The notes beneath the pieces are model-generated. The model made no database searches. It was not told the DNA's origin and saw nothing but the letters and a program-made list of their open reading frames with translations. From Acidimicrobiaceae bacterium (lineage in GTDB: Bacteria; Actinomycetota; Acidimicrobiia; Actinomarinales; Actinomarinaceae): a stretch of 64,000 bases of DNA. The stretch is taken from the NCBI GenBank assembly GCA_028404505.1, contig JAOOBM010000002.1, forward strand, positions 7,027-71,026, in the 5' to 3' direction. The translations under genes were made by a program, and so were the position numbers. Below, piece after piece: positions 45,766 to 54,852 of this stretch; the first letter of the stretch is position 1, and each line of letters opens with the position of its first letter.

Positions 45766-47529
45766 ATGAAACAAAATAATCTGAGAGATTTATATAAATA
45801 CGCTCAACAAAATCAAACTAAAGTAAAAAGAGGAATCCTCTATTCAATTCTTAACAAGTTGTTTGATCTTGCTCCACCAGTCTTGATTGGTGTCGCAATT
45901 GATATTGTTGTTGAAGGATCTGATTCTTTCATTGGTTCATTTGGATTTGAAGATAGACGACAACAATTAATTATTCTTGCATTTATAACTTTTATAATTT
46001 GGGGTTTAGAATCAATTTTTGATTATGTCGCTGCAGTTACATGGAGAAATATTGCACAAGACCTTCAACATTCACTACGTACTGAGACTTTTGAGAAAAC
46101 ACTAGATCTAGATTTAGCTTTTTTTGAGAATAAATCTTCAGGGCGCCTCATGGCTATTTTGAATGACGATGTAAATCAAATGGAACAGTTTTTGAATGAA
46201 GCTGCCAATCGTTTAATTCAGACTGCAACAACCGTAATAGTCATTGGGGGGACTTTTATTTATATATCCCCTTTAGTTGCAGTGTTTGCATTTATACCAA
46301 TTCCAGTCATAATTTTTGGTTCATACAAATTTACACAACGAATCGCAGAGAGATATTCAAAAATACGAAATAACGTTGAATCACTTAATGCTCATCTTTC
46401 AAATTCGATTACGGGAATCCTTACTGTAAAAAGTTTTAATCGAAAAGATAAAGAATATAGAAGAATTGAAGAAGCATCACAGGAAGTAAAAACTGCAAAT
46501 TATGAGGCAATAAAACTATCTGCGGCATTTATACCCATAATTAGAATTGCAATATTGTTTGGCTTTACTGCAACACTCCTAATTGGTGGATTTCTTGCGC
46601 TTGATGGACAAATTAAAGTAGGTATGTACTCCGTTATGTTATTTATAACTCAAAGACTTTTATGGCCATTGACCGAATTAGGAATAATTTTTGACGTCTA
46701 TCAAAAAGCTATGGCCTCTTTTAGAAGAATAATTAATTTGAAAGAAACCAAACCGCTGATAAAAGATGGAGATATACAGATGGAGGAACTTAAAGAAAAT
46801 ATTACATTTGAAAATCTTAATTTTGAATATGTACCAAATTTTCCGGTTTTAAAAGATATAAATGTTGAGATTGTTAAAGGAAAAACAACAGCGATTGTGG
46901 GAAGTACAGGTTCTGGTAAATCTACATTGATAAAATTAATCCTAAGATTTTATGAAAAAAAATCTGGAAATATATTATTCGATAACATCAAAATTGAATC
47001 TTTAACTATTGATAGTCTTCGAAGCAAAATAGGATTAGTGAGCCAAGATGTTTTTCTATTTGAAGGCACTGTTTTTGAAAATATAGCTTATGGAAATATA
47101 GACGCATCAATTGAAGAGGTTTGGAATGCTGCACGTTTATCTGAATCTGATAAATTTATAAGTGAACTTCCTAATCAAGAAAATACAATTGTTGGTGAGA
47201 GAGGACAAAAACTATCGGGTGGACAAAGACAAAGAATATCTATAGCAAGAGCAATATTAAAAAATCCTGAAATATTAATCCTTGATGAAGCAACTTCAGC
47301 AGTTGATAATGAAACTGAAGCTGCAATTCAGGAGTCTCTTGAAACATTGAAAGAAGGCAGAACTGTAATTGCTATTGCTCACAGGCTTTCGACGATAAGA
47401 AACGCAGACTTAATTTACGTATTAGAGTCTGGTGAGATTGTTGAACAGGGCACTCATGATGAACTACTAAACAACCAAGGTGTGTATGCAAAATTATGGG
47501 ATGTTCAAACTGGAAAGATCAAAAGATAA
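45766..47529 (+). CDS. ABC exporter, fused permease/ATPase (MsbA/MdlB-like)
   Basis: 6-TM domain, Walker A GSTGSGKST, signature LSGGQRQR and Walker B ILILDEATS. Confidence 0.85.
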   Translation: MKQNNLRDLYKYAQQNQTKVKRGILYSILNKLFDLAPPVLIGVAIDIVVEGSDSFIGSFGFEDRRQQLIILAFITFIIWGLESIFDYVAAVTWRNIAQDLQHSLRTETFEKTLDLDLAFFENKSSGRLMAILNDDVNQMEQFLNEAANRLIQTATTVIVIGGTFIYISPLVAVFAFIPIPVIIFGSYKFTQRIAERYSKIRNNVESLNAHLSNSITGILTVKSFNRKDKEYRRIEEASQEVKTANYEAIKLSAAFIPIIRIAILFGFTATLLIGGFLALDGQIKVGMYSVMLFITQRLLWPLTELGIIFDVYQKAMASFRRIINLKETKPLIKDGDIQMEELKENITFENLNFEYVPNFPVLKDINVEIVKGKTTAIVGSTGSGKSTLIKLILRFYEKKSGNILFDNIKIESLTIDSLRSKIGLVSQDVFLFEGTVFENIAYGNIDASIEEVWNAARLSESDKFISELPNQENTIVGERGQKLSGGQRQRISIARAILKNPEILILDEATSAVDNETEAAIQESLETLKEGRTVIAIAHRLSTIRNADLIYVLESGEIVEQGTHDELLNNQGVYAKLWDVQTGKIKR

Positions 47530-47530
47530 A

Positions 47531-48718
47531 TTAATTTAAGATTTTTGAAACTATCGATTCTCCAATAGCTAAGGAAGCAGTAGCTGCCGGGCTTGGTGAA
47601 TTAAGAACATGTAATGAGTTTTCTCCCTCTTCAAAAAGAAAATCGTCAACTAAATTCCCATCTTTATCAACAGCTTGTGCCCTTACACCAGATGGAATTT
47701 GTTTTATATCTCTTAGATCAACTCCGTTAATTAATTTTTGAATCTCTTTTACAAAAATATTTTTATTTAAGGATCTGTACATTTCAGAGATACCTGTCCT
47801 GAAATATTTTTTTCCAAGTTTGAGCATTCCAGGGAAGGTTAGTACTTTAGTTAAATCTACAAAATTAATATCTGTCCATTTATAACCTTCTTTTGAAAAA
47901 GCCAGTACTGCATTTGGTCCAGCTTCAATATCACCATTTGCTGTTTTTGTTAAATGTATACCCAAGAATGGAAGATCAGGATCAGCCAATGGATAAATCA
48001 TATTGTTTAGAATTTTATTTTTTATGTTACTTATTTTGTAATACTCTCCCCTAAAGGGAATTATTTTTACATTTGGTGACATATTGTCTAATTTTGCAAT
48101 TTCATCTGAGAAAAGGCCTGCACAATTAATTAAAAATTCACAGTTGTATGTGTCTTTATTTCCTTTTATAGATTTCAAACCATTTATATTTTCAATCTCT
48201 TTTATTTCCTCGATATATTTTATTTCTCCACCCATCTCTATAAAATCTTTTGCATATGCCTGAACTACTTCTTTATAATCTACAACTCCAGCCTGTGGAA
48301 CAAAAAGTCCATTTAACATAACTGAATTTGGTTCAATAGAAAGAAGTTCGTCATCTCGAACAATTTTTACACCTTCCATGTCGAGCTCAATACTTCTATC
48401 TAATAAATTCTCTAATTTATTTAGATCGTTATCTACTACAATTTTTCCTTCTTGCCGAAAATTAATATCTTTCTTTTTTAAATATTCAATCAGCAAATTT
48501 CTTCCTCTTATAGAAAGTTCTGACTTACTTGAATTTGGTTTGTAATAAATTCCTGAATGGATGACACCAGAGTTTCGTCCAGATTGATGAAGTCCTGGCT
48601 CTTTTTCTTTCTCAAGAACAACAACACTAACATTTTGTTTTCGTAAGTGAAGTGCTGTAGACAAACCAACAATTCCAGCTCCAATAACTGCGTAGTCATA
48701 TGTATTATTATTAGTCAT
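47531..48718 (-). CDS. FAD-dependent oxidoreductase, L-2-hydroxyglutarate oxidase-like
   Basis: N-terminal DYAVIGAGIVGLS dinucleotide fold. The length and sequence resemble LhgO. Confidence 0.6.
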   Translation of the reverse strand: MTNNNTYDYAVIGAGIVGLSTALHLRKQNVSVVVLEKEKEPGLHQSGRNSGVIHSGIYYKPNSSKSELSIRGRNLLIEYLKKKDINFRQEGKIVVDNDLNKLENLLDRSIELDMEGVKIVRDDELLSIEPNSVMLNGLFVPQAGVVDYKEVVQAYAKDFIEMGGEIKYIEEIKEIENINGLKSIKGNKDTYNCEFLINCAGLFSDEIAKLDNMSPNVKIIPFRGEYYKISNIKNKILNNMIYPLADPDLPFLGIHLTKTANGDIEAGPNAVLAFSKEGYKWTDINFVDLTKVLTFPGMLKLGKKYFRTGISEMYRSLNKNIFVKEIQKLINGVDLRDIKQIPSGVRAQAVDKDGNLVDDFLFEEGENSLHVLNSPSPAATASLAIGESIVSKILN

Positions 48719-48720
48719 TT

Positions 48721-49061
48721 TGGTGGAGGTGCGGGGAGTCGAACCCCGGTCCTTTTAAGCTACCCAACAGCTTCTCCGAGCGCATCTGGTGAAATACTAT
48801 TGAGAGAGTCACCAGAAACAAATTCTCAATAGTTTTTACCTTAAATCTTGAAAGCTAGCCGGTAATCTAACTTAGCATCCCACATTTCGACGCCGATACT
48901 ATCCGAGGTGGGAGCCCCGATAGTCGACGAGCAACAATTAAGCTGCTACGGCCAATTTAGGTTTGGCAGTTATCTTTTTTTTCCTACGTTTTTAATGAGG
49001 CCCTAGGACCCTCAGCTCGCTACTGAGAGGCTCGCTTCAAAGTCGAAGCCAGTTCACCCCC
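48721..49061 (-). ncRNA. ssrA: tmRNA (SsrA)
   Basis: The reverse complement begins GGGGGTGAACTGGCTTCGAC and ends GGTTCGACTCCCCGCACCTCCACCA. The candidate tag ORF GCC AAA CCT AAA TTG GCC GTA GCA GCT TAA (48967..48938) encodes AKPKLAVAA. Confidence 0.9.
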
Positions 49062-49110
49062 ATATCACTATTATGGCTTTACAATAGTTATTAGCCAATA
49101 CATATTTTAT

Positions 49111-49758
49111 ATGAAAATTGATAAACAAACTTTTGAATTAGATGAAGAACTAAGTATCTCAATTAGTTTTGAGGACAATGATGGTTTAATTTTTGTACCT
49201 AAAAATGTAAATGTACAAGTCAAAATTGTAAATTATTTCGGAAAGATTGTAATTAATGATTTATCTATAAAATACCTTGAAGATGAGCTATCCCTTTCAA
49301 AAGTTGGATTAGAACAAGCCTTAAATAGTTTGGATTTAAAACTTCTTGATAGATTTTTGTTTAAGCAGTTAAGTGACAAAGCAACGTTTAATTATTCACC
49401 ATTTGATTCATTTTTAGAATATGATTTTTCTGTATATGAAAAATCGAGAAGACCTAGTGATCTTGATTGGTCTATGTTTGGGTCTTTGTATGTTTTTGCT
49501 TGTAATGTTATTCCGGAATCAATAAAAGTAGAGTTAACTTTAGCAAAATATTTAAGAGTTTCTGAAGAAGTATTTAAAAGATTATTAAAAAAAGTTCCAG
49601 ATAAAATATTTAGAAAAACAGGACATCTTGAATCAAGAGGAGGAAATTTAACTTTCGATGCTGAAGAATTAATAAAGAAAAATCTTGTTGATGCCCAAGC
49701 GAAACTGTTTGAAGAGAGTCCTTTTTTAAAATTTCACTCTGGTTCTGATTTAGTCTGA
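49111..49758 (+). CDS. hypothetical protein (no recognisable domain)
   Basis: 215-aa ORF with no signal peptide. It overlaps the neighbouring gene convergently by 25 nt. Confidence 0.5.
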   Translation: MKIDKQTFELDEELSISISFEDNDGLIFVPKNVNVQVKIVNYFGKIVINDLSIKYLEDELSLSKVGLEQALNSLDLKLLDRFLFKQLSDKATFNYSPFDSFLEYDFSVYEKSRRPSDLDWSMFGSLYVFACNVIPESIKVELTLAKYLRVSEEVFKRLLKKVPDKIFRKTGHLESRGGNLTFDAEELIKKNLVDAQAKLFEESPFLKFHSGSDLV

Positions 49759-50177
49759 GCTCTACTGACCATAGGAATTAGCTTACTGACATCAATTTCC
49801 CATATTTCTCTAGATGTGAATCCTGCCTGCTCCCAGGTAACATCTTCTGTTCTGCCATAGGGCTTACCAGAATATCTATTTGATAAATAATCTATATGAT
49901 CATTAGCGGAAGAGTCTTGAACTATATTTTCTACCACACCTCTTATTTCCCAGCATGTATACATGTCAGTTGGATGAAATATAACAAGGGAAATGTTTGG
50001 TTCCTGCCTAATATTCTCTGTTTTTTTTCTTCCTTGTTCTGTATTGATTAGGATCTTATTATCCTTGTAATCAACCCACATTAGATGATTTTGAATATCT
50101 TTTTCATTAAGTTTGGTTGCTAATGCGCAAAATGCATTGTTATCGATTGCTTGTTTTAGTTCAATTGGAAGTTGCAT
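49734..50177 (-). CDS. pyridoxamine 5'-phosphate oxidase (PPOX-class, FMN/F420-binding) family protein
   Basis: Size and split-barrel-like sequence (ALAT....G.....MW). Confidence 0.55.
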   Translation of the reverse strand: MQLPIELKQAIDNNAFCALATKLNEKDIQNHLMWVDYKDNKILINTEQGRKKTENIRQEPNISLVIFHPTDMYTCWEIRGVVENIVQDSSANDHIDYLSNRYSGKPYGRTEDVTWEQAGFTSREIWEIDVSKLIPMVSRAQTKSEPE

Positions 50178-50207
50178 ACGCTTTTATTTTAAGTAAAAAT
50201 TGTAAAT

Positions 50208-50771
50208 ATGGCATTTATAAAATTGTTCAAATTTCAAGAATCTACTGGCCTTCTTAAAAAAGAGTATGAGAAAGGACTTAGAAGAGCTGGAAGAATTTGG
50301 AATATCCTTACTATTCAATCTCAAACTCCCGAGATTTTAAAAAATTCCATGAATCTATACGGTTCAACGATGTTTGGGAATTCAAACATCTCGAGGTTCG
50401 ATAGTGAATTACTAGCTGTTGTTACTTCTATTTCAAACGAATGTGAATATTGAATAAGGGCACATTTGTATGATCTTCGGTCGGAGACAGATAATCAAAA
50501 ATTAGTAGATGAAATCGCAAAGGACTGGACAACAAGTTCTATTTCATCAGTCCAAATGGCAATGTGTGAATTTGCAAAAAAACTAACGGAAAATCCAAGT
50601 AAAGTTAATAAAAAAGATATTGAATTATTGAGGAGTTACAATTTATCGGATAAAGATATTTCTCAAATCGTCCAGATAATTGCATATTTTAACTACATAA
50701 ATAGAGTCGCAGACGGACTTGGATTAGAACCAGAACAGTTTATCGATGAAAAAGGTTATAAAACCAAATAA
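50208..50771 (+). CDS. AhpD-like / carboxymuconolactone decarboxylase family peroxidase-related protein with an in-frame TGA (candidate selenocysteine) at 50451..50453
   Basis: The two ORF-track pieces (50208..50453 and 50466..50771) are in the same frame. The joined sequence reads ...VTSISNECEY-TGA-IRAH..., which is the family's N.C.YC...H redox motif with TGA in place of the second Cys. The C-terminal IAYFNYINRVADGLG is typical of the family. Confidence 0.55.
50451..50489 (+). other. in-frame UGA plus a candidate SECIS-like hairpin
   Basis: The hairpin spans 50467..50489. Lower stem UGU/ACA plus U-A, a GG bulge, and upper stem GAUC/GGUC with a UUC loop. It starts 13 nt after the UGA. Confidence 0.3.
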
Positions 50772-50816
50772 ATATTAAATATTGTTTCATTGATTTTCAA
50801 GATATAACATTAAACA

Positions 50817-51731
50817 ATGAGTAATAACTCAAGACTACTTTTTTTGTTCATTGCCTTAATTGGAATAGCAGGATTATCCTATGTTATATTTTTTGATGAG
50901 AATACAGATCAGCAAACTGACGTCCAAGTAGTAAATGAAATTGAATCTACTACTACAACATTAATTGACTCCACAACATCAACATCTACCACAACAATAA
51001 TGGAGACTACAACAACATCTACAACTACTACGAGCTCAACAACTACAACTACAATTCCACCAAACCAAACAGCAATATATGCCACTCAAGAAGAGATAAA
51101 TAATAGTAAAAAGATTTCATATGATTTCTTACAAAGTGGTTGCAAAAAAGATGAATCAACTGATTCTGAAAAAGAATGGATTACACCACTTGAATTTTTT
51201 ACATATGATGAAAGTAAAATAAATTTCAGCTTAAAAATTGATTCAACTCTTGGCCTAAAGGTTGATTGTATTGGAAATTTGATAACTTCGATCTTAAATG
51301 ATACGAGAGGTTGGGTTAAAGTAACCGAGAAAGAATTTCAACTAGTTGAAGGTACAGAGAAAGAATTTGAATTCATTTTTGCATCGCCTGAAAAAACTGA
51401 CGAGTTATGTTACCCACTCGAGACAAATGGAATTTATTCTTGCAGAAACGAAGATCAAATTATTATAAATTTTTTTAGATGGGTTAATGGTGCGATAGAT
51501 TTTGGATCGGATTTAGAAACGTATAGATTATATCTTATTAACCATGAAGTTGGACATATCTTAGGATGGGGTCATGTCGGATGTCCTAAAGAAGGAGCAT
51601 TAGCACCAGTCATGATGCAACAAAGTAAATCAACTATGGGCTGTAGACCTTATGGATGGCCAATATATGAAATCTTGGAAAAAGAGTTTGGTATAAATAC
51701 TTATTCTTATTTACCAAGTGAAGACAATTAA
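50817..51731 (+). CDS. membrane-anchored Thr-rich protein with a C-terminal HExxHxxGxxH zinc-metalloprotease-like domain (DUF3152-like)
   Basis: N-terminal TM helix, a poly-Thr/Ser linker, and the motif INHEVGHILGWGH. Confidence 0.6.
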   Translation: MSNNSRLLFLFIALIGIAGLSYVIFFDENTDQQTDVQVVNEIESTTTTLIDSTTSTSTTTIMETTTTSTTTTSSTTTTTIPPNQTAIYATQEEINNSKKISYDFLQSGCKKDESTDSEKEWITPLEFFTYDESKINFSLKIDSTLGLKVDCIGNLITSILNDTRGWVKVTEKEFQLVEGTEKEFEFIFASPEKTDELCYPLETNGIYSCRNEDQIIINFFRWVNGAIDFGSDLETYRLYLINHEVGHILGWGHVGCPKEGALAPVMMQQSKSTMGCRPYGWPIYEILEKEFGINTYSYLPSEDN

Positions 51732-51807
51732 TTGGTGCCAGTAACAACTAATTGGTTATCTAATTATCGTTAAATTAGATTGTTATAACAAATACTTTTT
51801 TATTTTT

Positions 51808-52734
51808 TTAAATGTTTATAACGCTTGAAAGTTCACCATTCAAAATATCTGATATGTTCTGTACGGTCTCTAAACCAGCTCTCAGCTGTGCTTCTTGTGT
51901 TGATGCGCCAAGATGAGGTGTTGTTACTATATTTGATGTTGAAAATGTTTTGTTTATATCAGGTGGTTCTTTGCTGAATACATCAAGGCCGGCAAAAATA
52001 ACATCATCACTTGACCTTTGAAAAAGTGCCACTTCATCAACAATCCCTCCCCTTGATGTATTTACTAAAATTCCACCTTTTTTGATTAAATTAAGTTTCT
52101 CATCATTGATCATATTTTTTGTTTCTTCATTCTTTACAACATGAATAGATATAACGTCTGAGGTTTTCAACAGTTCATCCAGCTCAACTTTATTTGCCTC
52201 ATCTTCAGATGCTTCTACATAAGGATCATAAAAAACTATTTCCATACCAAATACAGTTAATCTTTTTGCAACTTCCCTAGCAGCTTTCCCAAAGCCAATT
52301 AATCCTAATTGTTTTTTATAAAGTTCAGTTCCAAGAAATTTATTTCTATCCCAATTTTTATTTTTTAGTGAGTTATTAGATGTATGAATGTTTCTAGCGG
52401 CGGAAATTATAAGTCCGATTGTTAGTTCTGCAACTGAAATTATATTTGCATTAGGTGAATTAGTAACATAAATTTCTTTATTTGTTGCTTCTTCAATATC
52501 AATGTTGTCAATACCAACTCCGCATCGTGCAATAATTTTCAATTTATTTGCTTTTTGCAATATATCTTTGTTTATTTTTGTACTACTTCTAATTACGACA
52601 ATGTCAGTATCAACGATATTACTTATCAGTTCCTCAGTTTTGGTTTTTGAATCTGAAATATTTGTAACTTCACCAAGCTGACTTAATTTTTCTATAACTT
52701 TTTCTTCTAAATTATCACAAACTAAGATTTTCAT
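51808..52734 (-). CDS. D-isomer-specific 2-hydroxyacid dehydrogenase (short SerA-like)
   Basis: NAD fold GLIGFGKAAREVA and the catalytic R/E/H region (TPHLGAST). Confidence 0.75.
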   Translation of the reverse strand: MKILVCDNLEEKVIEKLSQLGEVTNISDSKTKTEELISNIVDTDIVVIRSSTKINKDILQKANKLKIIARCGVGIDNIDIEEATNKEIYVTNSPNANIISVAELTIGLIISAARNIHTSNNSLKNKNWDRNKFLGTELYKKQLGLIGFGKAAREVAKRLTVFGMEIVFYDPYVEASEDEANKVELDELLKTSDVISIHVVKNEETKNMINDEKLNLIKKGGILVNTSRGGIVDEVALFQRSSDDVIFAGLDVFSKEPPDINKTFSTSNIVTTPHLGASTQEAQLRAGLETVQNISDILNGELSSVINI

Positions 52735-52735
52735 A

Positions 52736-53527
52736 TTATTTATCTTTTAATTTCTCTAATGCTAGTTCATGAAGCTCTTTAGAAGCAGAGGCTAAAACAT
52801 AAACATCTTTATCCTCAAGAGAAAGATTGTTTCCATCCCAGTCAGTCATAACTCCGCCTGATCCTTCAACTACTTTTACAAGAGGTAGATAATCATGTGG
52901 GGCAGTAAGTTTTTCAGCAACAATATCTACATATCCACTTGCTAGTAATCCATAGTTATAACAGTCACTTCCTGTAGTTGTTACTTTAACGCTCTCTTCA
53001 AGAGATTGATAAGCTCTCCATTTTTTCATACCGAATTGATGACTTGAGGTTGTTGCCATTACAGAGTATTCAAGTTGATTAATTTTTCTACACTTAATTA
53101 CATCACCATTGACAGTAGTTACATCTCTTTCAAAAGAAATCCATCTTTCTTTCAACGCTGGACAATCAATAACCCCTCCAATAATTTCCTCGTTTTTTAC
53201 TAATGCAATTAAAGTACCAAAATCGTTCTTTCCAGCCACAAAACTTCTTGTTCCATCAATTGGATCAATATACCATGTATATTCTGACTCGTTGTTAAGT
53301 ACTTCAAACTCTTCACCAACAATATTGTGATTAGGATAATTTTTTTCTATTTCTCTTCTAATTACTTGTTCAATTTGTTTATCTGCAAGAGTAACTGGAC
53401 TTTCATCAATTTTGATTGTCAGATCCCTTACATCACGAAAGTGAGCCAAAGCTATTTTTCCTGAGATATCTAGAGTCTCATTACAAAAACTTATTAAGTT
53501 CTTAGTATCCAATTTATTTTCAAACAT
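52736..53527 (-). CDS. inositol monophosphatase family protein (possible actinobacterial histidinol-phosphatase HisN)
   Basis: Motifs GEE, WYIDPIDGT and a WD.. region. Confidence 0.75.
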   Translation of the reverse strand: MFENKLDTKNLISFCNETLDISGKIALAHFRDVRDLTIKIDESPVTLADKQIEQVIRREIEKNYPNHNIVGEEFEVLNNESEYTWYIDPIDGTRSFVAGKNDFGTLIALVKNEEIIGGVIDCPALKERWISFERDVTTVNGDVIKCRKINQLEYSVMATTSSHQFGMKKWRAYQSLEESVKVTTTGSDCYNYGLLASGYVDIVAEKLTAPHDYLPLVKVVEGSGGVMTDWDGNNLSLEDKDVYVLASASKELHELALEKLKDK

Positions 53528-53535
53528 TACACAAA

Positions 53536-53787
53536 TTATAAGGAGTTTAATTTGTCTGTGAGCTCCACATCTGTAGGTTCAACAAGGAAGCTTCCATCTT
53601 CAAAAACTATAGTTGGTATTCTAGGATTTTGATTTTGTATTTTTTTAGCAATTTCAAATCCTTCTTTATCAAAATCAATATCGATTTCAGTAAATTTAAT
53701 ATTTAACTTATCAAAAACTTTCTTGGACCTGACACAGTCACCACACCACTGTGTGCTGTACATAACAATTTCAGATTTGTTATCCAT
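53536..53787 (-). CDS. glutaredoxin/NrdH/mycoredoxin-like thiol-disulfide protein
   Basis: MYSTQWCGDCVRSK CxxC motif in a thioredoxin fold. The start is placed at ATG 53787 (MDNKSEIV...); the ORF track extends to 53847. Confidence 0.6.
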   Translation of the reverse strand: MDNKSEIVMYSTQWCGDCVRSKKVFDKLNIKFTEIDIDFDKEGFEIAKKIQNQNPRIPTIVFEDGSFLVEPTDVELTDKLNSL

Positions 53788-54040
53788 TTGAACCAAATGG
53801 GTCAGTAAGTACTGATAGTAATTCGCTAAGTTTCCCAAGATTTTCAAATAATGGCTTTAGTTGGTTAAAGTTATCTACTGCTTCTTCAATCTCAGGAAGC
53901 ACTGTTTTCATGTCCTCGACCACTAATAATGCACTTTCTAATTGAATTGTTAACTCGTTAACTGTACTTTGAATGTTTACAACAAAGTACCCAAACAAAA
54001 TAAGTATTAGAACTTGTAAAACTAATACAATTCTCAGCAC
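53780..54040 (-). CDS. small membrane-anchored coiled-coil protein, hypothetical
   Basis: N-terminal TM helix LVLQVLILILFGYFVV followed by a helical region, packed tightly between trxA and the Grx-like gene. Confidence 0.4.
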   Translation of the reverse strand: MLRIVLVLQVLILILFGYFVVNIQSTVNELTIQLESALLVVEDMKTVLPEIEEAVDNFNQLKPLFENLGKLSELLSVLTDPFGSNG

Positions 54041-54042
54041 TA

Positions 54043-54354
54043 TTAACCTAGTGAAGTAATTTTTTCTTTAATAACTTCTTTTGGTTGAACACCTACAAAT
54101 CTATCTTTAACTTCACCATCTTTTAAGATTACAACGGTGGGCACACCCATAACTTGATTTTGCCCTGCGATTTGAGGATGTTGATCAACATCAAGTTTAA
54201 CGAATTCAACACCTTCGATTTCGTCATTTAACTCTTCCAAAATTGGGCTCAATACTTTGCATGGGCCACACCAAGTCGCATGAAAATCAATTACAACCGG
54301 TGATGAAGAGTTGATGATTTCAGCATATTCTTCAGCATTTATTTCTTTTACCAT
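54043..54354 (-). CDS. trxA: thioredoxin
   Basis: WCGPCK active site, 103 aa. Confidence 0.9.
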   Translation of the reverse strand: MVKEINAEEYAEIINSSSPVVIDFHATWCGPCKVLSPILEELNDEIEGVEFVKLDVDQHPQIAGQNQVMGVPTVVILKDGEVKDRFVGVQPKEVIKEKITSLG

Positions 54355-54417
54355 TTTTTCCTTTAATTTCCTATCAGTCTATAAATTTTAAATTTATAAA
54401 AGTAATTTAAAATAAAA

Positions 54418-54852
54418 TTATTTAAGGTCTCTAATTTCTTTTTTTATTCGTTTATCAGTAATCTTTCTTCTTTTGTCTATATTTTTTTTACCTTTTGCTA
54501 AAGCTAATTCAATTTTTATAAATCCATTTTGTTCAAATACTTTTGTTGCAATTAATGTAAGGCCTTTTGTAGAAGTTAATCCAATTAATCTCTTTATTTC
54601 TTTTTTATGAAGAAGGAGTTTTCTTGGAGTTTTAGGATCATAGTCAATTAACTCTGCGTACTTATAAGGTTCAATATTCATCTCTCTAATAAGAACTTCC
54701 TCATCTTCAAGACTTGCAAAAGCATCAATTATTGAAATTCCACCGTTTCTGATACTTTTTGTTTCTGCTCCTGTAAGTACAATTCCAGCTTCAAAAAATT
54801 CTAAAAACTCATATGAAGTTCTAGCTTTACGATTTTCGGCAAAAACTTTCAT
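54418..54852 (-). CDS. smpB: SsrA-binding protein
   Basis: Conserved SmpB sequence (NRKA...Y...E.GIVL.G.E.KS). Confidence 0.9.
   Translation of the reverse strand: MKVFAENRKARTSYEFLEFFEAGIVLTGAETKSIRNGGISIIDAFASLEDEEVLIREMNIEPYKYAELIDYDPKTPRKLLLHKKEIKRLIGLTSTKGLTLIATKVFEQNGFIKIELALAKGKKNIDKRRKITDKRIKKEIRDLK

Noticed and set aside
48719-49110. A tmRNA-associated integrated mobile element.
   Set aside because: No integrase, no duplicated tmRNA 3' end (att repeat) and no phage-like genes flank the tmRNA gene within the window.
50451-50453. Genome-wide TGA reassignment (genetic code 4/25) as an explanation for the in-frame TGA.
   Set aside because: TGA functions as a normal stop elsewhere in the window, for example the pstS stop at 307..305, the AtpZ-like gene stop at 8848..8846, and the prfB ORF0 stop.
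51758-51780. The hairpin ATCTAATT-n7-AATTAGAT between convergent genes as a bidirectional terminator.
   Set aside because: The stem is almost entirely A/T and the T-run is not adjacent. It is too weak to call.
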